A DNA stretch of 63,542 nucleotides, counting the filler, from an uncultured Methanosarcinales archaeon (GTDB lineage Archaea > Nanobdellota > Nanobdellia > Woesearchaeales > GW2011-AR9), in assembly GCA_964434885.1 (NCBI GenBank). It is 3 parts of 3 records of this genome, joined end to end, with 100 filler letters (N's around TTAATTAATTAA, not from the genome) between each part and the next. Parts side by side here need not be neighbours in the genome. Positions count along the whole stretch, not along the records: positions 23,928 to 44,473 come from CAYSWQ010000011.1; 2 more parts are not named here. One strand, 5' to 3'. The notes below the pieces were generated by a model that searched no databases, was not told the DNA's origin, and was given only the letters and a program-made list of their open reading frames with translations. Both the position numbers and the translations under genes were made by a program. This document shows positions 28,963 through 37,141 of the stretch, in pieces (the stretch's first letter is position 1; every line of letters begins with the position of its first letter).

Positions 28963-30813
28963 ATGGAAATCAAACGCGGTTTAGAATTAATCTTGGAAAA
29001 GAACCTCGGCTTAGAACATGGTCGAGGTAGAGATGAATTCTATTATGAAGGGGAATTAGATCATTATAAATTAGGTCAACGCGTGGAAGTTATTGAACAA
29101 GTAGCTGAAGATAAATTGGTTGTCCGCGCCGAAAAAAATTGTGGCAGTTGTACTTGTCACAAAGCAATCGCCGTCCATCCCGAAGAAGTTGGTTTAGGAC
29201 AACCTAAAAAAATTGCTCTCCAACAAATGCCTGGTTTAGCTGAAGTTGATCAACACCCTTTGTTTGAATTTGCGGAAAGCAACCCCCTCTTCATTGTTGG
29301 TGGTGAAGTATATACTCCTACCAAAGGCAAAGCTACTGGATCTTTTTATCGCCCCAACCAATGGAGACAACCTTTAGTAGTCTTAGGTACTCTCACCTCT
29401 CTAGATGAATTAGCTAGTCACCGTCAGCATTTCCAAATTCAAGAAGTACAAACCGCTTATGCTTTAGAACAAATTAAAAAAATTACTAACTCTGATGCTC
29501 ATGGAGGTAATTTAGATTTACCGCAACGAATCTACAAATTAGTTTTCCCCCATTTACGTTCAGAAAATTACGAGAACAAATTGGCCTTACTAATTCATGG
29601 CAAAGCCCCATCACCTCAAAAAGCCAAGGGTGAAGTCAAAAGCAATGGTGAAGTGCAGAGAATTGCCCAAACATTGTACAACCAAGTACAAGAAATGATT
29701 ACCCAGATTGAGCAAGAAGGTAATGTTCCTAAACAAGAACGGACTAAAATAAAATCAAAATTAGATGGATTACTAGATTACCAAGAACCTGAAATTGTAG
29801 CTGATTCTCCCTTGACCAGAGCTCTTAAGGGAACTTCTGTTGCTTTAATTAGAGGAGAGATTTATGATCTCCACCCTACCGACGAAACCACTCAATTACA
29901 AATCAACAATCAAAATTACAAATTAGTTCTTCGTAAAACCGAACCAAAACAAAAAGCAGAATTTGAAGTCGGCGATCAAATCGTAATGAATAAACGAGCT
30001 ACTAAAAAATACAGATATACTCATGAAGGTAGCAGAGGGAAGATTATTGCAGAAACGGGAAATGGAAAATACCGGGTTAGATTCACCCTACAAACAGGGG
30101 ATCCACAAGGTGGAACTACTACTTGGAAAGTCCATGAAGATTACATGACCAACGTTACTCCAAATGAACCATTCATTGAAACTATTGAAACTCTTGAAAA
30201 CCAAGTCTTATTAGAACAAAGCAGAGACTTAAGAATCAGCGCTCTCCGAGAACACATCACTCCTCAAGATATTGCTTCTCTAATCAAAGATGAACACACT
30301 GCTTTGTTAACATTAAAAGACAAAAAAGAATACGCTGAAGATAACTTTGGTTTCCTCACTCGTAGTAGAGATACTTATGTCTATTTAGAAGTTCCTGCTT
30401 TCGCGATTAAAAGTCAATTTGATGGTAATTATTATCTCTTTGACAAAGCTAGAATTGGCTTCCAAGTTTATTCTGATGGTTCCAGTATCAACTATTCTGA
30501 GAGACTAGTAATGATTGACAACAACAATCATCCTTTTAATCATAATGAACGTGGAAGTTGGGTAAAAATATGTATAGGTAGACAAAGTTTTCCCACTTCC
30601 GGCAAAGATCGAGGGGAAGTAATTGCCAAAAGATTACGTCGGGGACAAGAAATGCTGATGTATGGTTATACCAGCCGAGATTATCAGCGTTGTTACGAGT
30701 TAAGAAAAGAATGTTATAGTTGCGGAAGAAATCATTTCTCCCAAAACCTAACCACAGAAGCCAAAGTAAAGAGCCTAGGTGTACCAATAATCAATGGAGG
30801 ACCCAGACGATGA
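28963..30813 (+). CDS. Large protein with SH3-like insert and C-terminal putative E2 (UBC-like) domain
   Basis: HPF(N)...ICIG motif (His523, Cys537) after a beta-meander; FEVGDQIV...GKI...YRVRF SH3-like segment; context between Ubl and JAB. Confidence 0.6.
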   Translation: MEIKRGLELILEKNLGLEHGRGRDEFYYEGELDHYKLGQRVEVIEQVAEDKLVVRAEKNCGSCTCHKAIAVHPEEVGLGQPKKIALQQMPGLAEVDQHPLFEFAESNPLFIVGGEVYTPTKGKATGSFYRPNQWRQPLVVLGTLTSLDELASHRQHFQIQEVQTAYALEQIKKITNSDAHGGNLDLPQRIYKLVFPHLRSENYENKLALLIHGKAPSPQKAKGEVKSNGEVQRIAQTLYNQVQEMITQIEQEGNVPKQERTKIKSKLDGLLDYQEPEIVADSPLTRALKGTSVALIRGEIYDLHPTDETTQLQINNQNYKLVLRKTEPKQKAEFEVGDQIVMNKRATKKYRYTHEGSRGKIIAETGNGKYRVRFTLQTGDPQGGTTTWKVHEDYMTNVTPNEPFIETIETLENQVLLEQSRDLRISALREHITPQDIASLIKDEHTALLTLKDKKEYAEDNFGFLTRSRDTYVYLEVPAFAIKSQFDGNYYLFDKARIGFQVYSDGSSINYSERLVMIDNNNHPFNHNERGSWVKICIGRQSFPTSGKDRGEVIAKRLRRGQEMLMYGYTSRDYQRCYELRKECYSCGRNHFSQNLTTEAKVKSLGVPIINGGPRR

Positions 30814-31856
30814 AAAATTTAAATGATTTATTAGGACAAACTGAACCAGAAGTAAAACCAACTGAAGAACCTACAATATTAAACACTATTCATGTTACTA
30901 GACACGCCTATCAAAAAGCTTATGCCTACGCCCACTTAGCTTGTAAAATTGCTAGAAGAAGTATTGAATGTGGAGGGTATCTAATTGCTCCTAAAGACTC
31001 TGGTGATCGTATCGCCACAGATGCCTACCTAGCCAGAGATCAAAAAGTAGCTGCCGGTCTTTTCACTGTTGAAGCGGAAGATGTTATCAAAGCCGGTAGA
31101 GAAGTTGATCAACTCGGTTACCGAGTTCTAGGTTGGTGGCATAGTCATGGAAAACTAAACACTTTCTTTTCCCAACTAGATGACCGGGGCCAGATGACTG
31201 TGCTTAATGAAATCTGTGCCTTCAATTATATCACTAAACCCTCTACCAAACCAGTCCACAATTTAGAAACCGAAATAGAGGATGGCAAAATTATCCTGTT
31301 CGATAAACAAAACCCCAATACTCGGTACGAGATAACTGGTACTGGCAACATTGACATTGCTAGTTTACAAATTACTGAAGAAAAGAAAATTGGCTTTGCT
31401 TATGGCTTAGTTGTTAATGCTGGACTTGATAAAACCCCTTATGCCGAAATGGCTACCCGAGAGTATTGTTACTCATGCCGTGATTCTGTCAGTCAAAGTG
31501 ATCCCTGCAATATTAGTGTTTTTGGTCCACCAACCGAAAAAATGGACTTAAAACAACTCCGTAAAGATATTCGTGAAAGAGTCAAATGGCAGAAGAAATT
31601 TTTGAGTTATTTCAAGAAAAAAACAAGGATTGGAACCCAACCCTATGTTCCTGGTTCTTTTCCTGAAGATCCTGTAGCTACTTTTCCATCCAACCCTTAT
31701 GTCCCTCCTGCCAGACCCACGAAACCAGTTACACCTACACCTCTAGTCCCGGCACCTCGACCCCCACAACAAACAGACATGGTGTTTCCAACGATGCCAA
31801 AACCCGAAAACAAAAAGCCAAAAAGAACCAGAACTAAAAAGAAACCAAAAAAATGA
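30810..31856 (+). CDS. JAB/MPN+ (JAMM) metalloprotease with Pro/Lys-rich tail
   Basis: ECGGYL and WWHSHG...FFSQLD JAMM motif; ATG 30810 overlaps upstream TGA, GGAGG RBS. Confidence 0.88.
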   Translation: MKNLNDLLGQTEPEVKPTEEPTILNTIHVTRHAYQKAYAYAHLACKIARRSIECGGYLIAPKDSGDRIATDAYLARDQKVAAGLFTVEAEDVIKAGREVDQLGYRVLGWWHSHGKLNTFFSQLDDRGQMTVLNEICAFNYITKPSTKPVHNLETEIEDGKIILFDKQNPNTRYEITGTGNIDIASLQITEEKKIGFAYGLVVNAGLDKTPYAEMATREYCYSCRDSVSQSDPCNISVFGPPTEKMDLKQLRKDIRERVKWQKKFLSYFKKKTRIGTQPYVPGSFPEDPVATFPSNPYVPPARPTKPVTPTPLVPAPRPPQQTDMVFPTMPKPENKKPKRTRTKKKPKK

Positions 31857-33238
31857 TTGACCGATACAACAGACAAGAACTAATTGAAAACTGGGACCAA
31901 ACTCAACTAGAGCAAACTAGAATTGCCTTGATTGGTTCTGGCCCTTTAGCTAATTTCACTGCTGTCTGTTTAACTGCATTAGGAATAGGAAATTTAGAAA
32001 TCTACTCTCCCGATAAAGTTAATCAACCAAATTCAGCAGAATTTTTGCAATCTGGTGAACCTGGACAGCCTAAAGTCCAAGGCTTAGAAACCCTTCTTAG
32101 AAAAATCAACACCTCTTCCCGAATCAAAGGTCTAGCAATTCCTTTAGACCAAAACCTAGTTCAATTATTAAGTCAACCAGATTTAATTATTGACACCACT
32201 AATTCACCTGATTCCAAAAAAACAATCCTTAAATATGGCAATGTCGAAGAAATCCCTGTTATCTCCGCCGTAGCTAATTCAACCACTGCCGAAATGCGGT
32301 TAGGTGGTAAAGAATCTTTGTTTAAAGATTATCAAAACCAACCACAAGGGGCCGTACCTAGTGGTATTCTCGGTGGAATCATTACCGAAGAAGTTAGAAA
32401 AATAGTCATGCCCTTAGATGATTACGATCGCCCTTTAACCCACTTAACTTACTCTTTAGCCGCAGATAATCGTTTTTCTCCCAACCAAGACACAGAACTA
32501 GGAGAATTTAATCTCGAAAACAAAAAAGTCTTAATGGTTGGTGCTGGAGCTTTAGGTAATTTCGCAGGTCTTGGTTTGGCTTTACAAGGCCTTGGCCGTC
32601 TCGACATCATGGACTTTGATGAAGTTGATTCTACTAACTTAAATCGACAAGTTCTCTTCTACGGTGCCGTTGGTGAACTAAAAGCCCCTGCCTTAGCCGA
32701 AAGACTAACTGAAATAGTACCCACTCTAAAAGCTCGTGCTTTAGTAGAGAAATTAGACACTGATTCCAAATACTTCTGGCACAATAAACCAGATTTAATT
32801 GTTGATTGTGTTGATAGTTTTGCCGTCCGCGCCATCATTAATTATTATGCTGTTCGTTACCAAATTCCTTTAGTTAGTGGTGGTACTAATCCAAAATCTG
32901 GACAGATTGTTGCCTATCAACCAGGAAAAAGTTCTTGTTTAGATTGTCAATTACATGTTGAAAAGGCACTAGCCGAACAAAGACAAGCAGCCAGTTGTAA
33001 ATACACACCAGATCCTAGTGTTATTATGACTAATCAAATCTTAGGTAATATGTTAGTTGGAGAAGCTACAAAAGTATTAGACTCACATTATGGAGAAGCT
33101 GTAACTAAAATCCTAAAATATGATTCTAACCATCCGAGAAGAGGAGGACTAGTTCATCTTGGGGATCCTTGTGATTGCACTAAACCGAAAGATGTTAACA
33201 CTTGGTTACAACAAGTAGACAAATTATTAGAAAAATAA
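31853..33238 (+). CDS. E1-like enzyme with two tandem ThiF/MoeB adenylation domains
   Basis: Domain 1: RYNRQ, IGSGPLA (degenerate). Domain 2: VGAGALG, DFDEVDSTNLNRQVLF, DCVD, CLDC, ASC, CDC. Confidence 0.9.
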   Translation: MIDRYNRQELIENWDQTQLEQTRIALIGSGPLANFTAVCLTALGIGNLEIYSPDKVNQPNSAEFLQSGEPGQPKVQGLETLLRKINTSSRIKGLAIPLDQNLVQLLSQPDLIIDTTNSPDSKKTILKYGNVEEIPVISAVANSTTAEMRLGGKESLFKDYQNQPQGAVPSGILGGIITEEVRKIVMPLDDYDRPLTHLTYSLAADNRFSPNQDTELGEFNLENKKVLMVGAGALGNFAGLGLALQGLGRLDIMDFDEVDSTNLNRQVLFYGAVGELKAPALAERLTEIVPTLKARALVEKLDTDSKYFWHNKPDLIVDCVDSFAVRAIINYYAVRYQIPLVSGGTNPKSGQIVAYQPGKSSCLDCQLHVEKALAEQRQAASCKYTPDPSVIMTNQILGNMLVGEATKVLDSHYGEAVTKILKYDSNHPRRGGLVHLGDPCDCTKPKDVNTWLQQVDKLLEK

Positions 33239-35068
33239 TTATTTTTTAGCTACTGCTGACCGAGTAGCTCTGTACAATCCATTAATTAATTCTTTATGCA
33301 CTTTCCCTTCATTATCTGTGATATAATAATAAGCTAAAGCACGATCTACTAAGTTCCTTCTAGTATGACTCATAAATTCTCGGTATCCTTTATACATTGT
33401 GCCTCTCTCAGATATCCTTGGGAAATAATTTGGATTTTTGGATCTCACTCTTGCCGAAAATATTTCTTCCATAGAATCGGAAAAATAAAGTGCGTAAACA
33501 TCACTTAAATTTTTATGATTTCCAATACATCTTTTTAGATATTGTAATCCTGAGGAAATATCTTGTCCTGTCCCCATTAAATGTACAGGGGTTCTTAACC
33601 CTGCTGCCTGTGATATTCTATGGGCAAACATTTTTGGTGCAGCTAAAATATCTAATCTATTTTCAGCAAATTTTTTATAACCACTAGAATCTTCTTCTTT
33701 AGTCATTTCAATACTTCTAAGCAAAGAATACATCATTCTCTTGCTCATTCGATGATATTCAGCTATTTGTCCAATTTTATGATTAAGCACAGGATCTAGC
33801 TCTTTATCATGGTTTTTAATTTCTCGAAAAACAGGTCTCAATTGCTCCAAAGTTTTTCTATTAGCATGTTTAATCAGTACATCAATACTGGAATCTTCAA
33901 ATAATGGATTGGCACTCAATGTTTGAAAAATACTGGGTTCTGCTTTTCTTGCTTTCGCTTCTTCTAACCGAGCCAACTTTCCTCCCCAGATTGCCCCAGT
34001 TAAAATTCCTGTAGTTACTGCAAATATACCCATATATTTTACAGCTTGTTTCCAATAAGTAAATCTTCTTGGTTCAGTTGCAGCCAATAAATCCTGCCTA
34101 AATGAATCATGAACAACCCACCCACTATTTCCAGAATATTTTCTCTCATACGAAGACAAACAATTACTAATTAATCTCCTATACTGTCTAGGAACCTTCT
34201 TCAATTTTCGCTTTAACAATCGCTCTTGTTTATCTGATTCTATTCGAGTAATTGGTTTTCCTTCTTGTGTTAATATCATTCCTAAATCTCTTCCTGCAAC
34301 CTGGATCTTTTTATCTGAATCCCCTACACTCAATTTTATTTCAGATAAAGGTTCTCCGGTTAATACATAATATAAAGTCATTCCTAAAGCATAAAATTCA
34401 CTTCCAATTGTGGCATTAGTTTCCTTCCCTTTCATCAAAGCATTCAATATATAAGGGTCAGTATAATTTGTTCCTCCACGAGTTGGCAACAAAGAACAAT
34501 CTATTTCTTCCATTTCTCCTACATTTTGCAAATCAGTAATCTTAACATGGTTATTTTTCTTTCCAATTAATATATTAGAAGGTTTAATATCTCGATGCAA
34601 TAATTTCTCATCCAAATGCAAATGTTTTAAACCTGAAGCTATTTGTAAAAACATTTCCCTAATTTTTTCAGGATCAGTTATTGGTCCACTTAATTCAACT
34701 AATTCTTCCAAAGAAACTGCATCATAATGTTCTTCTACACTAAGTGTTTTTCCTTCTTTTTGAAAAGCATCATGGAATTCTATAATATTGGGATGGGAAA
34801 TACTATTCAAAGCCATTACTTCTCTTTCATTCATATCTCCTTTTGATAAATTAATAATTGTAGTTAAAGAATTCGAATCAATTTCATTCTTAGGAACCTT
34901 AGCAACTCTTCTTTTTTCCAAGCACCCATTTGAATACTGTACTTCATATACCTTACTAGTACATCCTTCCCCAATCTGCCTAATTAAAGTATATCCTTTT
35001 TGTTTTAGAAAACACTCTGCTCTTTGTTCCCAATCTACTTCCTTCTCAGCTTCAATATCTTCACTCAT
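33239..35068 (-). CDS. Hanks-type Ser/Thr protein kinase with TM helix and C-terminal domain
   Basis: IGEGCTSKVY, VAK, HPNII, LHRDIKPSNIL, DLQ at the DFG position, GTNYTDP; TM YMGIFAVTTGILTGAIWG. Confidence 0.88.
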   Translation of the reverse strand: MSEDIEAEKEVDWEQRAECFLKQKGYTLIRQIGEGCTSKVYEVQYSNGCLEKRRVAKVPKNEIDSNSLTTIINLSKGDMNEREVMALNSISHPNIIEFHDAFQKEGKTLSVEEHYDAVSLEELVELSGPITDPEKIREMFLQIASGLKHLHLDEKLLHRDIKPSNILIGKKNNHVKITDLQNVGEMEEIDCSLLPTRGGTNYTDPYILNALMKGKETNATIGSEFYALGMTLYYVLTGEPLSEIKLSVGDSDKKIQVAGRDLGMILTQEGKPITRIESDKQERLLKRKLKKVPRQYRRLISNCLSSYERKYSGNSGWVVHDSFRQDLLAATEPRRFTYWKQAVKYMGIFAVTTGILTGAIWGGKLARLEEAKARKAEPSIFQTLSANPLFEDSSIDVLIKHANRKTLEQLRPVFREIKNHDKELDPVLNHKIGQIAEYHRMSKRMMYSLLRSIEMTKEEDSSGYKKFAENRLDILAAPKMFAHRISQAAGLRTPVHLMGTGQDISSGLQYLKRCIGNHKNLSDVYALYFSDSMEEIFSARVRSKNPNYFPRISERGTMYKGYREFMSHTRRNLVDRALAYYYITDNEGKVHKELINGLYRATRSAVAKK

Positions 35069-35155
35069 TTTAATATAAAATTGCCGAATTCATTTATAAA
35101 TCTTTCGGTTATTTATTACTTATTAATAGTAACATAAATAAAGAATTTAACTTAC

Positions 35156-36751
35156 TCAAAACTTCTCCAAACTCATTTGTCCTTTCCTTCGACCCCTAGG
35201 AATTTCTTTAACTTCCACACCTAATTGCTTCTTAACATCAACTGCAACTCGTTGACCCAATAACTTAACCAAATCACTCAGTTCTGCTTTCTTCAAATCT
35301 CCCAAATCCACCAAACCATTCTTATACAACTTCCGAGCCCGTTTCCGACCAATCCCTTTCAATTTCAATAAAGGTAACAATTCCTCCTTAACTCCTTTCT
35401 TAACCCTAATTCTTAACTTAGTTATCTCTTTCAAAAGTGGTTGAAACTGCAACAATCGAGCTAACTCAGAACTTGCATATAACAACCAATCTCCAATCGC
35501 TAGTTTAACAAATATTTCTCCCGGTCGAATTCCATATTTCTCCATCAAATAATCTTCTCCCATTTCTTCAATCCAATCAGAAAAAAACAATGCGGTCTTA
35601 ATCGAATTAATAAAATCTTCATAATTAGGATCATATAATGTTGGTTCCGCTTGTAACAATTGATCATACTTCTCAACCAATTTTTCCTGCACCCAATCTT
35701 GCTCCCTCATCTTCACCCTTAATGGGGGAACCATCTCTAAAGTATTAGAAAACATCTGCAAAAAAGAAAACGAAGTAACTTCTACTTTCCCACTAGTACA
35801 ATTCCTCAAACACTGAATCAAATAATTAGCTGTAAAAGGGTCCAAATATAATTCAGAAACTCTTTTTCCAATCAAAGTTGGTCTTAAAAAAACATTTTCT
35901 TCACTTTTAACTTTATCACCACCAACCAAATTACTAGCCGTGACAAAACCCAACATTCCTTTCTTTTTCTCGCCACTATTCAAACCAATATTTCCAATAT
36001 CTTGAATCTTAATAAATTCATACTCTTCCAATAATCCCAACATATCATCAATTATTTGTCTAATCTTATTCATATCTTTAAATTGATAAGCCCAAAAAGT
36101 TTTCGAAAAAAAATCAATCAACTTTTTCTTAGTTGGAGTTATTCCAGAAGCAATCAAAGATAATAAATATGTTCTAAACACTGGTTCTACTGCTAATTTA
36201 GAATAAATTTCTTCTGGACTACCACGAACATACTTTTCATAAATTTCATCCCTTTCTCCATCACTCTTAGCAATACAAATTGCTTCACCAAATTTCTCAT
36301 ACTCTGGACGACCAGCCCTACCTGCCATCTGCTGGTATTCCAATACTGGAATCCAATTCATTCCCCATCTTCCAGAATATCTTTTCAATGATTTAATAAT
36401 AACTCGAAAAGCAGGAAGCGACATTCCGGCAGCAAGTGTTGGTGTACAACAAACAATTTTAATATTCCCTGCCCTAAATTCATCTTCAATTAAAGTCTTC
36501 TGGGTAGTCGTTAAACCAGCGTGATGAAAAGCAACACCTTTCTTCACACACTTAGCCAAACGATGACATTGTTTAGTTGGCGCCGAAACCCCTTTAAAAA
36601 CACTCTCACTTTGCTCCAATAAAATTATTTTAGTTTGCTTAGAAATATCTTCTGCTGTCTTCTCCGCCGAAGCTCGACTCGGAACAAAAACTAATGCTTG
36701 TTTCTTACACATTATCGTTTCCAAAGCCAAACTCAGAGTTTCATCTAACAT
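35156..36751 (-). CDS. hel308: Hel308/Ski2-like helicase, C-terminal half (RecA2, WH, ratchet, HhH)
   Basis: QALVFVPSR, GVAFHHAGL, TPTLAAG.SLPA, QMAGRAGRP, SELYLDP, RVKKGVKEELLPL..LKGIGRKRARKLY; no Walker A/B. Confidence 0.88.
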   Translation of the reverse strand: MLDETLSLALETIMCKKQALVFVPSRASAEKTAEDISKQTKIILLEQSESVFKGVSAPTKQCHRLAKCVKKGVAFHHAGLTTTQKTLIEDEFRAGNIKIVCCTPTLAAGMSLPAFRVIIKSLKRYSGRWGMNWIPVLEYQQMAGRAGRPEYEKFGEAICIAKSDGERDEIYEKYVRGSPEEIYSKLAVEPVFRTYLLSLIASGITPTKKKLIDFFSKTFWAYQFKDMNKIRQIIDDMLGLLEEYEFIKIQDIGNIGLNSGEKKKGMLGFVTASNLVGGDKVKSEENVFLRPTLIGKRVSELYLDPFTANYLIQCLRNCTSGKVEVTSFSFLQMFSNTLEMVPPLRVKMREQDWVQEKLVEKYDQLLQAEPTLYDPNYEDFINSIKTALFFSDWIEEMGEDYLMEKYGIRPGEIFVKLAIGDWLLYASSELARLLQFQPLLKEITKLRIRVKKGVKEELLPLLKLKGIGRKRARKLYKNGLVDLGDLKKAELSDLVKLLGQRVAVDVKKQLGVEVKEIPRGRRKGQMSLEKF

Positions 36752-36823
36752 ATTTATTCAGAACAGAACAAAGTTAAATACTTTTTGATATTCTAGTATT
36801 TAACAATATCAAATTAATTCTCA

Positions 36824-37093
36824 TTAAGAAAACTTTTGAACTAATTCAACAGCACCATAAATAACAACTAAATACCCAATTCCTTTTGTGATTTCTATTC
36901 CAATCGAATCAGATAACCAGTAATTTTCAGAAGGTAAATTAAATCTTTTCCTAATTTCATTTGTTTCTTTATGTAATTTGTAAGTATAACCTGGAATTAA
37001 AATACCTTTTATAATTCCACAAATACCTACTTCCTTAGAATGTTTTTTTAATGCTTCACCATAATTATCCATTAAATTGTCTAATTCTTCCAT
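36824..37093 (-). CDS. Small hypothetical membrane protein
   Basis: 89 aa ORF with C-terminal hydrophobic segment. Confidence 0.55.
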   Translation of the reverse strand: MEELDNLMDNYGEALKKHSKEVGICGIIKGILIPGYTYKLHKETNEIRKRFNLPSENYWLSDSIGIEITKGIGYLVVIYGAVELVQKFS

Positions 37094-37141
37094 AACAATA
37101 ATTAACCAAATGCATTATATAAAATTAATGAAACAAATGTT

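Noticed and set aside
30720..30809. N-terminal extension of the JAB ORF given in the track
   Set aside because: Overlaps the upstream gene; the GGAGG RBS and ATGA coupling point to ATG 30810.
27062..33238. Reading the operon as thiamine/molybdopterin sulfur transfer or as pupylation
   Set aside because: No ThiG, MoaE, thiouridylase or rhodanese, and no PafA/Dop or Pup-like GGE/GGQ protein. The unfoldase, E2-like motif and tandem E1 favour protein conjugation, though this is unproven.
12470..36751. A single 24-kb inversion explaining the split hel308
   Set aside because: The geometry fits, but a contig linker lies inside the interval, so relative orientation and distance are arbitrary.
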